Shown here in pieces: positions 45,587 to 49,865 of a DNA stretch of 49,865 bases. The notes beneath the pieces are model-generated. The model searched no databases, had not been told where the DNA came from, and saw only the letters and a list, made by a program, of their open reading frames with translations. This DNA is from a virus (lineage: Duplodnaviria > Caudoviricetes): the IMG/VR virus record IMGVR_UViG_3300017700_000588, positions 1-49,865 of that record; one strand, given 5' to 3'. Each line of letters starts with the position of its first letter. Within the stretch, counting starts at the first letter, position 1. The position numbers were made by a program, and so were the translations under genes.

Positions 45587-45616
45587 GGCCGGGCAGGAAA
45601 CTGTCCGGTCTTTTTC
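45587..45616 (+). terminator. Rho-independent terminator
   Basis: ggccgggcag-gaaa-ctgtccggtc-ttttt. Confidence 0.75.
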
Positions 45617-45632
45617 TTACAGGAGGTTCCGC

Positions 45633-46232
45633 ATGATTATGATTGACATCGAGACGCTGGGTCTTCGGCCTGGTGCGCCTATCCCGTCCATCGGTTACTG
45701 CTACTTCGACTGGGACGGCATCAGGGATCATGGCACCATCGCCATCAACCTGGAAGTCGGCAACATCGGCAAGGCCGCCGACATCGGCACGATCAAGTTC
45801 TGGCTGCGTCAGGATCACGCCGCGATCCAGAAGACGTTCTTCCGCCCGGAGGATCAGCAGCACGACTGGGTCCGCGCGCTATACATGCTCGGCGAGAAGG
45901 TCCAGTTCTCGCGGACCATCGGTGAAGAAGGTGTCTGGGCGAACGGGCCGTTGTTCGATCTCGCTCACCTCGAGTATTGGTATGACCAGATGAGCGAGAA
46001 GGCTCCGTGGTCGTATCGCGAGCCGCGCGATTGTCGCACGCTGTTTGAGATCGCTCGGTTGCTCACAGGCTGGGATCGATCAGTCGTGACACAAGCGCTC
46101 AAGGATCAGCATCCTGCGCTCCTCGTCGAGCACGACGCTGAGCACGACGCGATCCTGCAGGCGCTGCTCGTCATCGACGCGTATCATGCGTGCAAGCGTC
46201 GCGCTGACACGTCTGTGAGCCTCACAGGCTGA
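45633..46232 (+). CDS. DEDDh 3'-5' exonuclease (phage exonuclease VIII/RNase T-like)
   Basis: MIDIETLG, TI.FW..Q, WANG..FD, PW.Y...RD.RT, H.A..DA..QA. Confidence 0.85.
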   Translation: MIMIDIETLGLRPGAPIPSIGYCYFDWDGIRDHGTIAINLEVGNIGKAADIGTIKFWLRQDHAAIQKTFFRPEDQQHDWVRALYMLGEKVQFSRTIGEEGVWANGPLFDLAHLEYWYDQMSEKAPWSYREPRDCRTLFEIARLLTGWDRSVVTQALKDQHPALLVEHDAEHDAILQALLVIDAYHACKRRADTSVSLTG

Positions 46233-46235
46233 CGT

Positions 46236-46865
46236 ATGACGATCATCGCGACAGTTCTCAAGTCAGGAGGCATCTACACGCCTGAGCACGTGCGCATGCT
46301 CGAGGATCAGCTCGGTCACGATTGTCCCTTGACAGTCTACACCGACAGTCTCGAGCTGTGCATTCAACGTGGATCGCTGGCGCGTCGGCTGACTTACCAC
46401 CTGCCGGGTTGGTGGAGCAAGATGGAGCTCTTCAACCCGGCCCTGCCAGACGACATCATCTTCTTCGATCTGGACACTGTGATCCGCCGTCGACCGCGTG
46501 TTTTCACGCATGCGGTTCGCGAGCCGATGATGCTTCGGGACTTCTACCGCCCCGGAGGTTTGCAATCTTCCGTCATGTGCATTCCGCACCACTTCAAGGC
46601 CTTCATCTGGAAACAGTGGATGGAGGGCCCAGAAGAGTGGATGTCACTGCTGGGAGAACAGGGCCTGGGCGATCAGGCATTCCTCGAGAAGGTGAGCCAG
46701 AAATTCTGGGGCATTCTTCAAGACAAGTACCCGAGCGAGTACGTCAGCTGGAAGGCCGATGATCTCGCCGGCAAGTCACTACCATCTCTCGCACGGGTGA
46801 TCGTATTCCACGGTCAGCCCAAACCATGGGACATACCACATGCTCGTCAAACCTGGCGCAACTAA
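46236..46865 (+). CDS. GT-A fold glycosyltransferase (GT8-like)
   Basis: SGG.Y...HV..L, GWWSK.ELF, FFDLDTV (DxD), SSVM, GDQ.FL, FHG.PKPW. Confidence 0.75.
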   Translation: MTIIATVLKSGGIYTPEHVRMLEDQLGHDCPLTVYTDSLELCIQRGSLARRLTYHLPGWWSKMELFNPALPDDIIFFDLDTVIRRRPRVFTHAVREPMMLRDFYRPGGLQSSVMCIPHHFKAFIWKQWMEGPEEWMSLLGEQGLGDQAFLEKVSQKFWGILQDKYPSEYVSWKADDLAGKSLPSLARVIVFHGQPKPWDIPHARQTWRN

Positions 46866-47538
46866 AGAAGTCCGCGGGTTCCGCTGGCCAGCTTACGATA
46901 CTGCCTGTGCGGAAGTCGTCTTCGACAGCATCCCAGACCTCGAGCGGGCTGTCGGCTACTGTCAGCAGAAGCGGACGGTCATTCAGGCCGGCGGCAACTG
47001 CGGCGTCTGGGCACGTCACCTCGCCGACATCTTCTCACAGGTGTGGACGTGGGAACCCGACACGCTGAACTACCACTGCCTCGCGTTCAACACGGTCCAC
47101 AGGAAGAACGTGTTCGCAGTCAACGCTGCGCTGGGTGATCGAGTGGGCGCTATCCTTATGGACGCACCAGAGGCTAACAACTGCGGGGCACTTCAAGTGG
47201 ACCAGTCCGCGGTCGTTGGCGCTCCACATACGATCCCGGTGGAGATGATCGACAATAACCTGACGCTCGGCCACGTCGATCTGATGTATCTCGACCTGGA
47301 AGGTTATGAGCTGCACGCAATCGCTGGCGCCGTGCAGACTATCACTCGTTGCCAGCCTATTATCGCCGTCGAGGACAAGGGCCTGAGCGAGCGTTACGGC
47401 GTTGCAAAGGGCGATGTTCTTCGATACATTCAAGACACTTTCAACTATGAGGTATGCGATCAATATGCAAGAGATTATGTCCTCCGACCCAAGTCTCGAC
47501 CCGCGACTCTTAGCGGTGCTCGACAAGCACCACGCTAG
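46840..47538 (+). CDS. FkbM-family methyltransferase
   Basis: IQAGGNCG.W, WEPD..N..CL..N, NAALG, D.MYLDLEGYE..A..GA..TI....P.I..E. Confidence 0.85.
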   Translation: MLVKPGATKEVRGFRWPAYDTACAEVVFDSIPDLERAVGYCQQKRTVIQAGGNCGVWARHLADIFSQVWTWEPDTLNYHCLAFNTVHRKNVFAVNAALGDRVGAILMDAPEANNCGALQVDQSAVVGAPHTIPVEMIDNNLTLGHVDLMYLDLEGYELHAIAGAVQTITRCQPIIAVEDKGLSERYGVAKGDVLRYIQDTFNYEVCDQYARDYVLRPKSRPATLSGARQAPR

Positions 47539-47773
47539 GAGCGATGCGCTCGAGGCCGACCTGCACAACGTTCTTGTCGGTCTCGAGATGGAACACTACT
47601 ACGGCGAGTCCTGTGCCGGCGAGTCCTGGTTGCGGGATCAGTGCAAGTCGTGCATCGCCCGAGGTGAAACGACCAGCGCCAAGTTCTACGGGACTATCGC
47701 TGACGTCTGGAAACAAGTGAGGGAGAAACGTTTCCCGCTCCTCACGCAAAAGCTGAAGACCAAACTCAGCTGA
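47465..47773 (+). CDS. Hypothetical protein
   Basis: Fills gap, coupled to next gene. Confidence 0.5.
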   Translation: MQEIMSSDPSLDPRLLAVLDKHHARSDALEADLHNVLVGLEMEHYYGESCAGESWLRDQCKSCIARGETTSAKFYGTIADVWKQVREKRFPLLTQKLKTKLS

Positions 47774-48267
47774 TGAATATCTTCGCATCAGACGCCTGCC
47801 CGATACGCAGCGCCGTTGTGCTTGACGACAAGCGTCTGGTCAAGATGATCCTCGAGTCTGCCCAAATGCTCGGCACCATCTTCAATGAAGCGGGTGTCGA
47901 GCATCCTTATAGGCTGAGCGCAGGTCACGCGAACCATCCCTGCACTGTTTGGGTTCGCACCTCATTTGGAAACGTCGAGTGGTTGATGTCGCACGTATGC
48001 GCGCTCGAACTCGAGTATCAGCGACGTTTCAATCGATCACACAAATCATTCAGGACGCTGCCTGAGGCGTTCGATCGATATTGCGTCATCACGACACATC
48101 GCACAGCGCTGACGCGCCCTGTGAACGCTGCTAGGCGTCGCGATTTAAACCTTGATTTCACGCATATGCCGGTGCACGAGGCCTATCGCGCATACCTGAA
48201 GACGCGCTGGGAGCTGTCATCGCCGACGTGGCGATTGCCCCCGCTCATCGCTATGCCTTGGGCGTGA
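47773..48267 (+). CDS. Pyrimidine-dimer DNA glycosylase/endonuclease V-like protein
   Basis: MNIF..D..P...A..L.DKR..KMILE.AQML, H.NHPC..W, EY..RF...HKS. Confidence 0.75.
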   Translation: MNIFASDACPIRSAVVLDDKRLVKMILESAQMLGTIFNEAGVEHPYRLSAGHANHPCTVWVRTSFGNVEWLMSHVCALELEYQRRFNRSHKSFRTLPEAFDRYCVITTHRTALTRPVNAARRRDLNLDFTHMPVHEAYRAYLKTRWELSSPTWRLPPLIAMPWA

Positions 48268-49865
48268 ACTTGCGCAGGAACTTCTCGCCGTCGCGCATCG
48301 TCGTCTTGATGCCCATCTGGCTGATCATCTGCTGAAGCATGACCTTGCTGATCGAGCGCTTCTGACTCTCGAGCTCAACCTGGTCATACATGCGATCCAT
48401 CTTCATGTATTCCTTGAGGAACGCCTTGCACTTCTCGGGGTCCTCACGGCTGTCGTCCTTCTTGCGGTTCTTCTCGGCGCTCGCCGTCAGGTCGCTGTCG
48501 CGTAGGTCAGTGTCAAACCCGTCGATGGTAACCTTCGCGCGATTGAAGCGACCGGCACGCGCGGGCAATGCTTCGATGAAGAACTTGAGCGCCGGCTCTG
48601 GTTTGCAGAAGTTGGCCTTGATCGTTTTGATGATCGCCATGTCTTCGTCGTTCGGGTGCATGCGCACGAGGTGCACCATGCGCGCCATGCCTGTGAATGC
48701 GATTGATCCCAGGCCTGCGTGCTTCACGTTGTCGCGTGACGTCTTGCCGAGATGTCGGATGAGCACGACAGAGCAGTCGTAGTCCTGAGCGATGATCGAT
48801 AGCCGGCTGAGCGTTTGCTGCACGTCGCTCGCCTTGTGCGTATCGCTTCCTCCCATGTAGCTCATGATCGTATCGAAGACGATGATGTCCGGCTCGTATT
48901 CCTCGACGACCTTCTCGAACGCCTCGAAGTCTTCAAAGTCAGTGAGGCTGAACGGTCGGTAGTATTGCATATACTGGTCGAGCTTCTCCTCCTCGAGACC
49001 CATGTCGATGAGGCGTGACTTCGTGTCAGTCTCGGGATCGTTCTCCAAGTCGATATACATGACCTTGGCATTGCGCACGCCTCGTTGACCGTACTGGCCC
49101 ATGCTCGGGAAGCGTTCACCGTTGATCGCGCTGACGCACATCTGCTGCACGAGGAACGACTTGCCGATACCCGGATCGCCTTCAACGATGGTGATCTTGC
49201 CTTTGACGAGCCAGCCAGGTGTCACCCACTGCACAGGCTTCATGACCACGTCGTTCATGGTAATGTAGCCCTTGTCAGCTTCCTCGCTCTCGGTCGCTGG
49301 GTTCTTGTCGCGCAATCGCCCGGACGTCAGTCGCTCGCCGATGACCTTTTCGATTTCTCTACGCAGCTGCTTCGGTCTGTCGGCGAACTTGTTCCACACT
49401 GATCCGGACACAAGTGTGGCAACCTCGTCACCATCCATACCGGCGTCAAGGAGACCATGATACAGTTTCCACAAAATTTCGGAACGGTCCCCAGTGACGC
49501 GTTGGGACAGGAGAAGTTGTCGGATCGGCTGGCTGATGCGCTTCTGGTACCGCCCATAGACGGACGCCCTGTCCTCTTTCGAGTATTCACCCTTAGCTTC
49601 CTTTTCTGCCTCGGGCGACTTGAGGTGCTGCTTGAGCCGAGCGACGGATATCGTCTTCGTCGTGTCGGACCACAGGAGCTTGCCGGGCTTGCCCTTGCCG
49701 TACTTGTAATTCATCGTGCCGGGTATGCGCAGGACCTGTGTGATGTCCCACCCGCCCTTGTCAGCACCAATGCTGTAGGACAGCCGCTTATTCAGCTCCT
49801 TGTCCATCGTGCGATCAATATGCCACACGCCCGCGAAGCGCCCGGGTGATGACTCCCACGCGAGC
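48251..49865 (-). CDS. Primase-helicase (RepB-type primase + AAA_25/RepA helicase), partial at right edge
   Basis: Frame open to window end (WESSPGRFAGVW), LRIPGT.NYKY, DRS..LW, GDPGIGKS, IVFDT, IRHL.K. Confidence 0.85.
   Translation of the reverse strand, partial: LAWESSPGRFAGVWHIDRTMDKELNKRLSYSIGADKGGWDITQVLRIPGTMNYKYGKGKPGKLLWSDTTKTISVARLKQHLKSPEAEKEAKGEYSKEDRASVYGRYQKRISQPIRQLLLSQRVTGDRSEILWKLYHGLLDAGMDGDEVATLVSGSVWNKFADRPKQLRREIEKVIGERLTSGRLRDKNPATESEEADKGYITMNDVVMKPVQWVTPGWLVKGKITIVEGDPGIGKSFLVQQMCVSAINGERFPSMGQYGQRGVRNAKVMYIDLENDPETDTKSRLIDMGLEEEKLDQYMQYYRPFSLTDFEDFEAFEKVVEEYEPDIIVFDTIMSYMGGSDTHKASDVQQTLSRLSIIAQDYDCSVVLIRHLGKTSRDNVKHAGLGSIAFTGMARMVHLVRMHPNDEDMAIIKTIKANFCKPEPALKFFIEALPARAGRFNRAKVTIDGFDTDLRDSDLTASAEKNRKKDDSREDPEKCKAFLKEYMKMDRMYDQVELESQKRSISKVMLQQMISQMGIKTTMRDGEKFLRKFTPKA

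Noticed and set aside
1-49865. Prophage/lysogeny module or IS elements
   Set aside because: No integrase, CI-type repressor, transposase or host genes recognised in the window; lifestyle cannot be settled from this window

Overview
The whole window is part of a tailed dsDNA phage (siphovirus) genome, almost certainly of an alphaproteobacterial host (GcrA homologue, CtrA-type TTAA-N7-TTAA boxes, GTA-like DUF2460/DUF2163/large tail-tip proteins, GH108 endolysin). Layout: (1) 1-5022 (+) replication/recombination block (end of a family A DNA polymerase, PD-(D/E)XK nuclease, Sak4-like ATPase, SSB-like protein, VRR-NUC, SNF2 helicase); (2) 5092-28897 (-) morphogenesis and lysis operon (TerS, TerL, portal, an inserted methyltransferase plus glycosyltransferase-like pair, scaffold, capsid, neck, tail tube, frameshifted chaperone, tape measure, tail tip, fibre, endolysin, spanins, holin-like genes); (3) 29012-32242 (-) an array of four small-gene cassettes, each driven by an identically spaced CtrA-box promoter, closed by a hairpin, and delimited by copies of a 25-bp palindrome, written in DNA strongly depleted of GG/CC/AG/CT; (4) 32427-33603 (-) small genes and an AT-rich divergence point at ~33.7-34.15 kb; (5) 34225-48267 (+) accessory genes (ATP-dependent ligase, ThyX, HNH, GcrA, DUF2786, DEDD exonuclease, glycosyltransferase + FkbM methyltransferase, pyrimidine-dimer glycosylase-like); (6) a primase-helicase on (-) running off the right edge. 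No tRNA, CRISPR array, integrase or IS element was recognised. All family assignments come from motif recognition by eye, not from database searches.
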